Origin: Parachlamydiales bacterium
Lineage (GTDB): Bacteria > Chlamydiota > Chlamydiia > Chlamydiales > Parachlamydiaceae
DNA length: 20,662 nucleotides
Reading direction: 5' to 3'
Assembly (NCBI GenBank): GCA_020051075.1
Contig: JAGVJP010000005.1
Span: 62,001-82,662, forward strand
The notes under the pieces are model-generated. The model saw nothing but the letters and a program-made list of their open reading frames with translations. It did not search any database and was not told where the DNA came from. Made by a program: the position numbers and the translations under genes. Positions 8,762 through 17,719 of this stretch are shown here, one piece after another (positions within the stretch are counted from its first letter, which is position 1; each line of letters begins with the position of its first letter).

Positions 8762-9997
8762 ATGGTTAAAGTACATCTTCCTAGTTCAGTGCAAGACGGA
8801 ATAAAAATTGAGTTAATTCAACCACAGACGCCTCCTCCAAGCTGGAGCTCTTTAGCCAAACTTTTTTTCACAGACCTTTTCGCTACTCCTGTTGAGATGT
8901 GCCAAAATGTATTTGTACACGTCGTGGAACGCGGACCTGTAGGAACTTTGCAGGGATTCTGTCAAATACTCAGAAAACACCCTATAGATACTGTTTCTCT
9001 TGTCGCTTCAATCTCTCTTAGCTTGGACCCAACTATCGCTCAGAATGTTTTGGTGCCTGTGGCGCTTACAACTACCCGTGCTGTGCGCAATAGTCAGATG
9101 TTCATCGACATGGCGAAGGCGTTCGACGATAAAACGTCAATAGGAAGTGGAATTAAATTGGGCTGTTATGCAGTCGTTGTTTATTTTGCTATTGATTTTG
9201 TTTGCTCAGTTCCTGGCGCAGCAGGTTATGAATGGAATGCCCTTGTTGAAGCAAAAGAGGCATATTCGGGCGATGTTTGCGATGCACCATTGAGTCATAA
9301 CATAAGAAACGTCGTCCAATGCCTCCTTGACCGACATCCATTTAAATTATGTCATCAATTCAAAACTGATGACTTGGAACTCGATCATCAAGAGTTCACT
9401 CAGCACCAATCTGGAGCTCTTTCTTCTGTTGAATTTAAAGGCGAAAAAGTTTGTTTTTTAACTGCACAAGATCCGCAAGGACCTGTCACTAAAACGTGTT
9501 TTCCCAAAATCACCGATTATAAGGACCGAATAACTGAGTTGGTACCCAATTTGACATTGGAACGTGCTCGAGATGGTTTAGCACAAGGTACAACTGTTAT
9601 CCATGTAGCAATGGGTAAAATACTAAATGAGGCTGAACTGATGTATGAACAGGTTAGAGCTCTTTCTAAGTTTTTTCAGCTCAATGATATTGGAAATTGG
9701 AGACCTGCACCATCGAGATGTGGGACATTTATTGAAACAGCGAGCACAACCAACCTCCCAAATCATGCGGTGTGCCTCCTCACTGCGCTTGATCGAAATG
9801 GCCCGGTCACTCAAACATGTTTCAATCCAGACAATCCTTCTCAGGTCGTTGTTAAACCAATTGAAGGGATTGAAATGGATTTTCCAGACGACAAACCCGT
9901 GTCTTTGTTCATCAAAAATCCCAAATTACTTGGCCTTAATCCTTCCGCAGACTCTTCTTCAGATGGTTCCAAGGAATGTGATTGTACCTGTGAATGA
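8762..9997 (+). CDS. Orphan Cys-rich, probably membrane-anchored protein with an internal duplicated motif
   Basis: 411 aa ORF with a good SD. It has hydrophobic segments near aa 75-105 and 127-155, and the motif VCxLTAxDxxGPVTxTCF occurs twice. Confidence 0.8.
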   Translation: MVKVHLPSSVQDGIKIELIQPQTPPPSWSSLAKLFFTDLFATPVEMCQNVFVHVVERGPVGTLQGFCQILRKHPIDTVSLVASISLSLDPTIAQNVLVPVALTTTRAVRNSQMFIDMAKAFDDKTSIGSGIKLGCYAVVVYFAIDFVCSVPGAAGYEWNALVEAKEAYSGDVCDAPLSHNIRNVVQCLLDRHPFKLCHQFKTDDLELDHQEFTQHQSGALSSVEFKGEKVCFLTAQDPQGPVTKTCFPKITDYKDRITELVPNLTLERARDGLAQGTTVIHVAMGKILNEAELMYEQVRALSKFFQLNDIGNWRPAPSRCGTFIETASTTNLPNHAVCLLTALDRNGPVTQTCFNPDNPSQVVVKPIEGIEMDFPDDKPVSLFIKNPKLLGLNPSADSSSDGSKECDCTCE

Positions 9998-10099
9998 AGA
10001 GCCCGTCTATCTTGAGCTGCTTCTCTGTCAATTTTCATAGGACAAAATCTGTTATTTCTGCTAGATTCAGCTCAATTGACCTAAGATAGGCAGGGATGC

Positions 10100-11494
10100 A
10101 TGCATAACGGGATTGAGTTGAATTTAGACAGCATCGTCGGTCCAACTCATAATTACAGCGGCCTCTCCTATGGCAATATCGCCTCGATGACTCATCGACA
10201 GATTGCCTCCAACCCCAAGAAAGCGGCTCTGCAGGGGCTGGCTAAAATGAAAAAGCTCACTTCCTTCGGATTGAAGCAAGCTGTGCTCCCGCCTCATGAG
10301 AGGCCATTTATCCCGATTCTCAGAGGTTTGGGATTTTATGGCACTGATGCAGAAGTCGTCGCAGCAGCCTGGAAAGCCGACCCTTCTCTCCTCGCTGCCT
10401 GTTCCTCTGCCGCCTATATGTGGGCTGCTAATGCTGCGACTGTCTCCCCTTCAGCGGACTCCTACGACAAAAGAGTTCACTTCACTCCAGCCAACCTCCT
10501 CAGCAATTTTCACCGTTCCTTTGAAGCAGCAACGACAGGGCTAGCCCTGTTTAGGATCTTCAATCACCCCGCCTATTTTGTTCATCATTATCCCCTTCCC
10601 TACCATCCAGACTACGCCGACGAAGGAGCAGCCAACCACACACGCTTTTGTCATGCCTTTAATCAGCCGGGGGTGCAGCTCTTTGTGTTTGGTAGAGCAG
10701 GTTCGGGAGATCCGACGTCTAAATTTCCGGCACGGCAAACTGAAGCAGCAGCTAGGGCTCTGATGAGACTTCACCGCCTGACACCTGACCATGTGGTGTT
10801 CGCACAGCAAAATCCTGAGGCGATCGACGCTGGAGTCTTCCACAATGATGTGATCTCTGTCGGACATCAGAACCTCTTTTTCTATCACGAGAAAGCTTTT
10901 ATAGGCACCCCCCAAGTGATTGCCAAACTCAAAGAAAGAGTCGAGACAGTATGCCAGGTCCCACTCATCGCTCTAGAAGTCAAAAACGCTGAAATCTCCT
11001 TGGCTGAAGTGGTTAAAACCTACCTCTTTAATTCACAGATCATCACTTTGCCCGATCAGACGATGTTGATGATTGCTCCTGAAGAGTGCGAACAGTCAAT
11101 TCCTGTACAACAATACTTAACACACCTAATCCAGGATTCCAACTGTCCAATTAAACAGGTGATCTTTCAAGATTTGCGCGAAAGCATGCAGAATGGAGGA
11201 GGTCCAGCTTGCTTGCGCCTTCGCATCGCTCTTAATAAAACGGAATTTGATGCGATGCTGCCAACAGTTCTTCTGACAGATCTTCTTTACCAAAGGCTCG
11301 TTGTCTGGGTTGAGAAAACCTACAGAGACCATCTGACCCCTGGCGATTTGGCCGATCCCACTCTTCTCAATGAACAACATCAGGCCCTCGATGAGCTGAC
11401 GTCAATTCTAGAACTGGGTCCATTGTATAGCTTCCAACAGCGGAAGCAACCCCCTCCCCCTCCGCTTCCAGAGAAGGGCTATGAAAGAATTTGA
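10100..11494 (+). CDS. astB: N-succinylarginine dihydrolase
   Basis: Motifs VGPTHNYSGLSYGN, MWAANAATVSPS, DEGAANH, GVFHNDVI and the catalytic NGGGPACLRLR. Confidence 0.96.
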   Translation: MHNGIELNLDSIVGPTHNYSGLSYGNIASMTHRQIASNPKKAALQGLAKMKKLTSFGLKQAVLPPHERPFIPILRGLGFYGTDAEVVAAAWKADPSLLAACSSAAYMWAANAATVSPSADSYDKRVHFTPANLLSNFHRSFEAATTGLALFRIFNHPAYFVHHYPLPYHPDYADEGAANHTRFCHAFNQPGVQLFVFGRAGSGDPTSKFPARQTEAAARALMRLHRLTPDHVVFAQQNPEAIDAGVFHNDVISVGHQNLFFYHEKAFIGTPQVIAKLKERVETVCQVPLIALEVKNAEISLAEVVKTYLFNSQIITLPDQTMLMIAPEECEQSIPVQQYLTHLIQDSNCPIKQVIFQDLRESMQNGGGPACLRLRIALNKTEFDAMLPTVLLTDLLYQRLVVWVEKTYRDHLTPGDLADPTLLNEQHQALDELTSILELGPLYSFQQRKQPPPPPLPEKGYERI

Positions 11495-14330
11495 AGAGGC
11501 CCTCAGAGCATCGGTCGCTGGAGAAGTCCTCTTCGATGAGATCTCCCGCACCGTCTACAGCGTCGATGCATCAATTTTTGAAGTTCTCCCCTTAGGGGTC
11601 GTCATCCCAAAAACCAAAGAAGACCTTCAAGCCATCGTCCGTCTTTCTCAACAATTTCACGTTCCAATCACTGTGCGCGGCGCAGCGACAGGGATCGCTG
11701 GAGGGTGTTTAGGACGAGGATTAGTCGTTGATGTGTCCAAATGGCTTAACCGCCTTTTGAAAGTGGATATCAAGAATGAATTTGTCGTCTGCGAGCCTGG
11801 CCTCATTCAAGATGAACTGAATCGCATTCTCTCCCCTCACGGCTATAGACTTGGACCCGACACGTCGACAGGAAACCGCGCAACAATTGGAGGAATGCTT
11901 GGAAATAATGCCGCTGGAGCCCGATCGCTCCGCTACGGCTCAATGGCGCAACACGTCCATCAAGTGGAATTGCTCCTCTCCAATGGCGAATTCATCACTT
12001 TCGGACAACTTGACCGGGAAGGATGGAATCGGAAATCGGAACAAAGTGATCGTGAAGGAGTCATCTACAGCTCTCTGAAAGCGATCCAAGCAGACGATGG
12101 CGAAGAGATTGCCCGCCATTTTCCCTCAATCCCTCGACGTGTTTCAGGCTACCGCTTAGATGAACTCCTTGATTCGACTCATTTGAATGTTTCACGGCTT
12201 ATTGCCGGTTCAGAAGGGACTCTCGGCATTGCAACAGAAATCACATTGAAAATCGTTCCTAAACCTCGATCTACAGGATTGCTATTACTATTCTATGACG
12301 AGATGAGGGAAGCTTTAAACCAGACCCCTCTCTTGCTCGCGCATCTCCCTCTTGCATTGGAGATGATTGACTCCCATATCTTATCAGCAGGGCGCTCTTC
12401 CCCTCAGCTACGAGGGAAGTTGGACTGGCTCCCCGCCTCTTCAGCGGCAGTGTTGGTGGTAGAAATGGAAGGAGAAATCTCAGAAGAGGTGAACAATAAA
12501 ATCGAACAAATAAAACAACAGCTCACAACCAATCCCAAGCAGCCAGGCATGCTGACTGTGCTTGATCAAAGCCGGATTCAAACGATCTGGGAATTGCGGA
12601 AAGCTGGACTTGGAATCCTCTTATCAAAACGATCATACAGCAGAGCTATCGCTTTCATTGAAGACCTGTCAGTTCCTCCTGAACACCTTGCTTCCTTCAT
12701 GGAGCTTTTCTGCAACCTCCTTAAATCCTATGGGAAAGAGGCAGGCATCTATGGCCATGTGGGTGCGGGCTGCATGCACATTCGCCCTTATATCGACTTG
12801 CGAGATCCATCAGAACTGTCTCTCATCAAAAAGATGATGGAAGAGGTCACAGCATTAGTCATCGACCACGGAGGAACCCTCAGCGGGGAACATGGGGATG
12901 GGTGGATCCGCTCATGGCTTAACCCCCTCCTTTTTGGAGAGCGCATCATGGGATCCTTCGTCAAATTGAAACGGGCCTTCGATCCGGACAATCTGATGAA
13001 CCCCGGCAAAATCATCCCGCTATCCAAGGACTGGGAAGAGCTGCGTACACAACCAGGCGTGGAGCCACAAAAAATTGACACTTTCCTAGACTTCACTCCC
13101 GAAGGCGGGTTTGAACTTGCTGTAGACATGTGCAATGGAAATGGACTCTGCCGCAAAAAAGAAAAGGTGATGTGCCCTTCTTTTCAGGTCACTGGACAAG
13201 AGTTTCATTCCACCCGCGCACGAGCCCAGGCATTAAGGGCGATCACCCACCGCCGTCTCCCGCTGGAAGCGCTGACATCCGAGCGGATGTACGACGTGAT
13301 GGATCTCTGCCTCTCCTGCAAAGGGTGTAAAACCGAATGTCCTTCACAAGTCGATATGGCCAAGATGAAAAGCGAATTCCTCTATCAGTATCAAGAGAAA
13401 AATGGCTACGCCATTCGAAACAGAATCTTCAGCGGCATCGGAACAATTAATTCTTGGAGCGCCCCTTTCGCCAAGAGTGCAAACCGCCTGTTAGAGTCTG
13501 CATGGGGGAAAACAGCACTGAACTGGCTAGGGATCTCAACACAGCGGCACCTTCCGAAACTTGCAGAACAGAGATTTTCTCAATGGTTTAAACATTATAT
13601 TCAACCTCCTTCCTTGCCTTCAACAGCCGTCTTAATGAACGATACGTTCACAGAATTTAACCACCCAGAAATTGGCCAAGCTGCCGTCACCCTCCTCAAT
13701 GGACTTGGCTATCGGGTGATTCTCGCTCCGTGGAGCTGCTGCGGACGTCCAGCACTGTCGAAAGGATTTCTCCCTCATGCGCAAAAGCAAGCAGAAAAAC
13801 TGGTCGAAAAGCTGCAACTCTTTGCAAAAAAAGCGCTGCCGATTATCGGACTAGAACCTAGCTGCTTATTGACAGTGCGGGACGACTACAGAGCGTTATT
13901 GCCCGGAAGAGACCGGCAATTAGACAACGTCATCAGCCACTGTTGGACATTGGACGAATTTCTTGAACAGCTGGTCGCTGCTGGCAGATTCACCCCTCCC
14001 CCTCAACATAGTCCAAGGAAAGTCTATCTGCATGGACATTGCTATCAAAAGGCATTAGTGGGCATGGAAAAAACTTTGACGGTGTTAAATGCTGTCCCTG
14101 GATTTCAAGTGGAGCAAATTCCATCAGGATGCTGCGGCATGGCCGGTTCTTTTGGTTATGAGAAAGAACATGAAGAACTTTCACTCGCTATTGGGGAGAT
14201 TGTTCTCTTTCCAGCGATTCGCTCTCTACATGAAGAAGCTATCATCGTTGCCAGCGGCACCTCCTGCCGCGAGCAGATCAGCGCCGGAACGGGACTAAGA
14301 GCCCTTCATCTCGCTCAGGCACTTTTATAA
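11481..14330 (+). CDS. FAD-linked oxidase with Fe-S and CCG domains (YdiJ/GlcD-GlcF fusion; D-2-hydroxyacid, possibly D-2-hydroxyglutarate, dehydrogenase)
   Basis: FAD motifs GGMLGNNAAG, GSEGTLG, GHVGAGCMH and SGEHGDG. Fe-S motifs CNGNGLC..CP and CLSCKGCKTECP. Two CCG motifs. It overlaps astB by 14 nt. Confidence 0.88.
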   Translation: MKEFEEALRASVAGEVLFDEISRTVYSVDASIFEVLPLGVVIPKTKEDLQAIVRLSQQFHVPITVRGAATGIAGGCLGRGLVVDVSKWLNRLLKVDIKNEFVVCEPGLIQDELNRILSPHGYRLGPDTSTGNRATIGGMLGNNAAGARSLRYGSMAQHVHQVELLLSNGEFITFGQLDREGWNRKSEQSDREGVIYSSLKAIQADDGEEIARHFPSIPRRVSGYRLDELLDSTHLNVSRLIAGSEGTLGIATEITLKIVPKPRSTGLLLLFYDEMREALNQTPLLLAHLPLALEMIDSHILSAGRSSPQLRGKLDWLPASSAAVLVVEMEGEISEEVNNKIEQIKQQLTTNPKQPGMLTVLDQSRIQTIWELRKAGLGILLSKRSYSRAIAFIEDLSVPPEHLASFMELFCNLLKSYGKEAGIYGHVGAGCMHIRPYIDLRDPSELSLIKKMMEEVTALVIDHGGTLSGEHGDGWIRSWLNPLLFGERIMGSFVKLKRAFDPDNLMNPGKIIPLSKDWEELRTQPGVEPQKIDTFLDFTPEGGFELAVDMCNGNGLCRKKEKVMCPSFQVTGQEFHSTRARAQALRAITHRRLPLEALTSERMYDVMDLCLSCKGCKTECPSQVDMAKMKSEFLYQYQEKNGYAIRNRIFSGIGTINSWSAPFAKSANRLLESAWGKTALNWLGISTQRHLPKLAEQRFSQWFKHYIQPPSLPSTAVLMNDTFTEFNHPEIGQAAVTLLNGLGYRVILAPWSCCGRPALSKGFLPHAQKQAEKLVEKLQLFAKKALPIIGLEPSCLLTVRDDYRALLPGRDRQLDNVISHCWTLDEFLEQLVAAGRFTPPPQHSPRKVYLHGHCYQKALVGMEKTLTVLNAVPGFQVEQIPSGCCGMAGSFGYEKEHEELSLAIGEIVLFPAIRSLHEEAIIVASGTSCREQISAGTGLRALHLAQALL

Positions 14331-14347
14331 GGTCATAACAACATCGT

Positions 14348-14851
14348 TTAGAAACGAGGATAGATCTCGTTCGGCTTGAAGAAAAATTCGATTTCTTCCC
14401 GGGCAGCCTCTGGACTATCAGAGCCATGAACAGCATTGCGGCCCATCGATTCTGCAAAATCGGCCCGAATTGATCCCTTTTCCGCTTTGGTTGGATCTGT
14501 CGCTCCCATCAATGTCCGGTTTTTTGTCGTTGCCTGTTTACCTTCTAAAACCATCGCTACAATCGGACCTGATGAAATGAAATCGACTAATTCGCCGTAA
14601 AAGGGACGATCCCGATGGACAGCATAAAATTTTGCAGCTTCGTCTTTAGTCAGTTTGACCATTTTAATCGCAGCAATGCGCAGATCGGATTTCTCAAATC
14701 GAGCAATAATGTCGCCGATATGATTCTTCTCCACTGCATCTGGTTTAATAATGGATAGCGTCTGCTCAAGTTGAGCATCGGTTGGAGCAGAGAAAAGCGC
14801 TGGTTGCAGGCTTAGGCAAAAAGCAACGATAGATAAAAACATAGACTTCAT
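14348..14851 (-). CDS. ndk: Nucleoside diphosphate kinase with an N-terminal signal-peptide-like extension
   Basis: Motifs [22 protein letters not shown] and catalytic [15 protein letters not shown] precedes ATG 14851. Confidence 0.95.
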   Translation of the reverse strand: MKSMFLSIVAFCLSLQPALFSAPTDAQLEQTLSIIKPDAVEKNHIGDIIARFEKSDLRIAAIKMVKLTKDEAAKFYAVHRDRPFYGELVDFISSGPIVAMVLEGKQATTKNRTLMGATDPTKAEKGSIRADFAESMGRNAVHGSDSPEAAREEIEFFFKPNEIYPRF

Positions 14852-14945
14852 AGGATATCCTTTGTCGTTAGAAACCTCATTCTTGAGGTTGATTAAGAAA
14901 AATCACGATAACTAGAGTGGTCCATCGCTGTCAATAAAATTCTAT

Positions 14946-16325
14946 TCAGTAGGCCCCTTGAGCGCTCGCGTTCAAGCGGGGATCAGTTTTCTTGATGATG
15001 ATGCTGACATTCTTCTGATTGAACCCTTTGTACCCTTCCCTCCGCTGCAGATTCTCTAGATGGCTTCCAATGGCTCCATTGCGCGAAAAATGTTCTGCCT
15101 CTTCACTTGAAATCCTCCCTTCCAAAAGGAGGCGGTCGATCCTATGACGACTGACAGGCCAATTCTCTCCTACAGTGAACGCCTGCTTTAAATAAGGAAA
15201 AGAGCTAAATGGAGCCATCATCTTGACTCCCTTTCCAGCGAGGTCGTCTCTTAATTCTTCAAACATGAATTGGGCTTCTAGATGATGCATGCCCGCTCTG
15301 AGGATAGAGTCTCCGTGAAGCGCACACCACAATCCAATCGTTCCTAATCGCGCTGTCGCGAACATCGGCTCATGAGCAAAGTCATTGGCAATCTCTCCAG
15401 GCATCAAATCAACATCTAGGAATAAAACTAGGCGGCATTGAGGGTTCTCCATGACTTGTGCCCCCCACCCCGCTTCCTCGCCTGCGTAAAACCGTTCGCG
15501 GCAATGAAAACCGAGAAGCTCAAACAACTGAACCAACCGCTTAAAGTGGGTCCTTGATGATCTGAAAGTGTGGTGGTCGTGGTTTGCCCATCCCATCCCT
15601 AAGCGATCTTGCCGACCTTTTTGCAGCTGCCCTGCACTATTCCGCATTTGCCAATAACGTCGTTCCCCTTCAAGCACTGTCCATGCGGCCCGGTGCTGTC
15701 CAACCTCAGAAACTAATTCCTGAGCAAGCTCCAACGTTTGAGCAAAAGTACGCTCTTCATCATCTCCTCCTCGTGAACGTATTAGCCATTTTTCTAAAGC
15801 TTGTTCATAGGCATATACCTCTTCAGGACTTTCTTGAGACGGCTGAATCGAAAGGGTCCCCCTTCTTTCAATCACCCAACATGCCACCCTGTTTTCTAAA
15901 CTGACCAATGCCCGTCTAAAGGCACCAAAATAACTCCCTTCGATAGTATAGTCTCCCCCTCCATGTGCAAGAAAAAAATTATCAATGGAATCGACAACAA
16001 CAGATAGTCCGCAATCAACTAAACCTAAATTACTTACAAAAATTCGGGGCAGCTGAGCACCAGGATGAAAGTAGACCGATCCCCCCTGTCCTTCTGATTG
16101 GAGAATAAATCCAGTTTGGGCGAGATCTTTCCCAATATCATCCGATGAGGAAATTGAGACATACTCTATCCAATCAAACAGCCGAGTACTCGTCAACTGA
16201 AGAAGCTCTTTTTGGAGGGTATCGACAAATTGATTTGTTGCGGCAACTCTCTCCACAACGTCCAAAATTAGCCGTTCTGCCTGAGGTTGACAAATCCATT
16301 GGAAATCTGTATTGACAGTCATCAT
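14946..16325 (-). CDS. VOC-fold protein with a C-terminal DUF1338/HglS-like (2-oxoadipate dioxygenase/decarboxylase-like) domain
   Basis: Start reassigned to ATG ATG at 16325/16322, with SD AGGGGT upstream. Motifs DHHTFR, GMHHLE and HLENLQR..GF resemble the DUF1338 His/His/Glu metal triad and conserved Arg. Confidence 0.6.
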   Translation of the reverse strand: MMTVNTDFQWICQPQAERLILDVVERVAATNQFVDTLQKELLQLTSTRLFDWIEYVSISSSDDIGKDLAQTGFILQSEGQGGSVYFHPGAQLPRIFVSNLGLVDCGLSVVVDSIDNFFLAHGGGDYTIEGSYFGAFRRALVSLENRVACWVIERRGTLSIQPSQESPEEVYAYEQALEKWLIRSRGGDDEERTFAQTLELAQELVSEVGQHRAAWTVLEGERRYWQMRNSAGQLQKGRQDRLGMGWANHDHHTFRSSRTHFKRLVQLFELLGFHCRERFYAGEEAGWGAQVMENPQCRLVLFLDVDLMPGEIANDFAHEPMFATARLGTIGLWCALHGDSILRAGMHHLEAQFMFEELRDDLAGKGVKMMAPFSSFPYLKQAFTVGENWPVSRHRIDRLLLEGRISSEEAEHFSRNGAIGSHLENLQRREGYKGFNQKNVSIIIKKTDPRLNASAQGAY

Positions 16326-16491
16326 TTCACCCCTTTCTGTTTGGTGTATCCTATGATAGGTATAAATAAAAATTTGATCAAATACAAGGGGGAAAAGAAC
16401 ATTTAGATGTCTGTATAAAATAAATTCTTGATTTTTTTTTAGTATCTTGATAAATTGAGAGTTAAAATAAAAAATCAATCGGATGTAAAAA

Positions 16492-17547
16492 ATGATCCCT
16501 GAGAGACAGCTATTTCCCCTTCCTCCTTCACCACAGATAGAATACGTGGACCCGTTGGCGGAATTAGAGAAAGATCCGTACAATCCTGAATCTTGGACCT
16601 TTGAGGCCATCGACGAGTTAGGAAAAGACTTAGAAATCGAACTTGATAAGACTCTATGCCAGAAGGATCCGAGTGAAGAACAACAAGAAAATTTGGCTAT
16701 GCTCACCCAAATGGTCTGTCTTTCTCAAAGCCCTAAAACACTAGATGCATGGAAGTTTGAACTCTCTTTACCAACTGCAACACTTCCAGCAGTAGCATTA
16801 AAACGCTTTATCGAAGCAGAACCGCCATTTCCTGAGAAGGAGCTCCTCCTTGAAGGACTTCGGAACTTTATTTTAGTCGGAACTCTTAGCAACATCGTCG
16901 ATAGCCAACCAAATTTAAGCCAGGAATGCGTCGCACAACTTTCCGCTCGGATTCTTGCATTAGCCATGAACCGGCTTCTGCTGGCTGGATCTACAATGCT
17001 GCCTCTCGGCTGGGTCTATACCGACCCAACGACACACAAAAAAGTCGGTCATCTCTGTATCGCAGTTTTCCAACAAATGCCTAAAAAGCCTGATCTATAC
17101 CGTTTACGTCTCGCTGAAGGAACTAAAAGCTTATTTCATAGGCCTGTATCCAAAGAAGACCTATGGGAACAGGACGCTTTTGTTAAAAAAGTGGGAATGA
17201 CCATAGAAGATGTCAAGAATTACCTCAGAGTTGCCTTTTCCTATATGTTTGAAACTCTGAGACCATCCTTTGACAAGCACGAAGTACAAGAAGCCATCTA
17301 TGAAGGAACATCTCTATCCAAGCGAGCGACCCGCATCAGAGTTCCCGACTACTATGCCTGTACTGTAGAAGGACTCCGCGCTGCACTCTATGCAATGGAC
17401 ATCTCCGATATCGAACGGTTATTCATGCATTTCAGGCTGAATGTATTTGAATACGGACAAACCGCTATTCAAAGATCTCTACCCGATGGAACAAAACGTA
17501 TCACGTTGATCTCACAGTTCCTAAAAGAAGAGGCTCAACGTCATTGA
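16492..17547 (+). CDS. Orphan protein, possible His/Cys protease-like effector
   Basis: 351 aa ORF divergent from the HglS-like gene. It has LPLGW...GHLCIAVF and YACTVEGLRAAL segments. The function is inferred. Confidence 0.7.
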   Translation: MIPERQLFPLPPSPQIEYVDPLAELEKDPYNPESWTFEAIDELGKDLEIELDKTLCQKDPSEEQQENLAMLTQMVCLSQSPKTLDAWKFELSLPTATLPAVALKRFIEAEPPFPEKELLLEGLRNFILVGTLSNIVDSQPNLSQECVAQLSARILALAMNRLLLAGSTMLPLGWVYTDPTTHKKVGHLCIAVFQQMPKKPDLYRLRLAEGTKSLFHRPVSKEDLWEQDAFVKKVGMTIEDVKNYLRVAFSYMFETLRPSFDKHEVQEAIYEGTSLSKRATRIRVPDYYACTVEGLRAALYAMDISDIERLFMHFRLNVFEYGQTAIQRSLPDGTKRITLISQFLKEEAQRH

Positions 17548-17654
17548 ATTCTCATTCCTGTTAGCTCTTCTTTAAAAAGCGAGAAACGTATTCGACGATT
17601 AGCTGGAGGTTCAAAACAAGTAGAAACAGGGCAGCCCGTTAGTTCTGTCGATGC

Positions 17655-17692
17655 AAAGAAAAAAGAGCGATCACCTTAGCAACCGCTCTTTT
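17655..17692 (-). terminator. Intrinsic terminator (probably bidirectional)
   Basis: The minus strand reads GAGCGGUUGC-UAAG-GUGAUCGCUC followed by UUUUUUCUUU. On the plus strand the stem is followed by TTTT. It lies between convergent genes. Confidence 0.8.
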
Positions 17693-17719
17693 CATCTCTG
17701 TCACAGTGTGTTTACCGGA

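Noticed and set aside
14873..14890. AACCTCA/TGAGGTT hairpin between the HglS-like gene and ndk
   Set aside because: A 7-bp AT-rich stem with only a short U-tract is too weak to call a terminator.
108..15904. Numerous 60-145 aa alternative-frame and antisense ORFs in the track
   Set aside because: They lie within or overlap well-supported genes or the palindromic elements and have no recognisable motifs.
16350..16478. Short palindromes (CCTATGATAGG, ATTTGATCAAAT) in the divergent intergenic region
   Set aside because: They could be operators but are expected by chance in AT-rich DNA and match no regulator consensus I can support.
16326..16706. N-terminal extension of the 586-aa minus-strand ORF
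   Set aside because: It overlaps the divergent 351-aa gene and crosses AT-rich intergenic DNA. A good SD and ATG exist at 16325.
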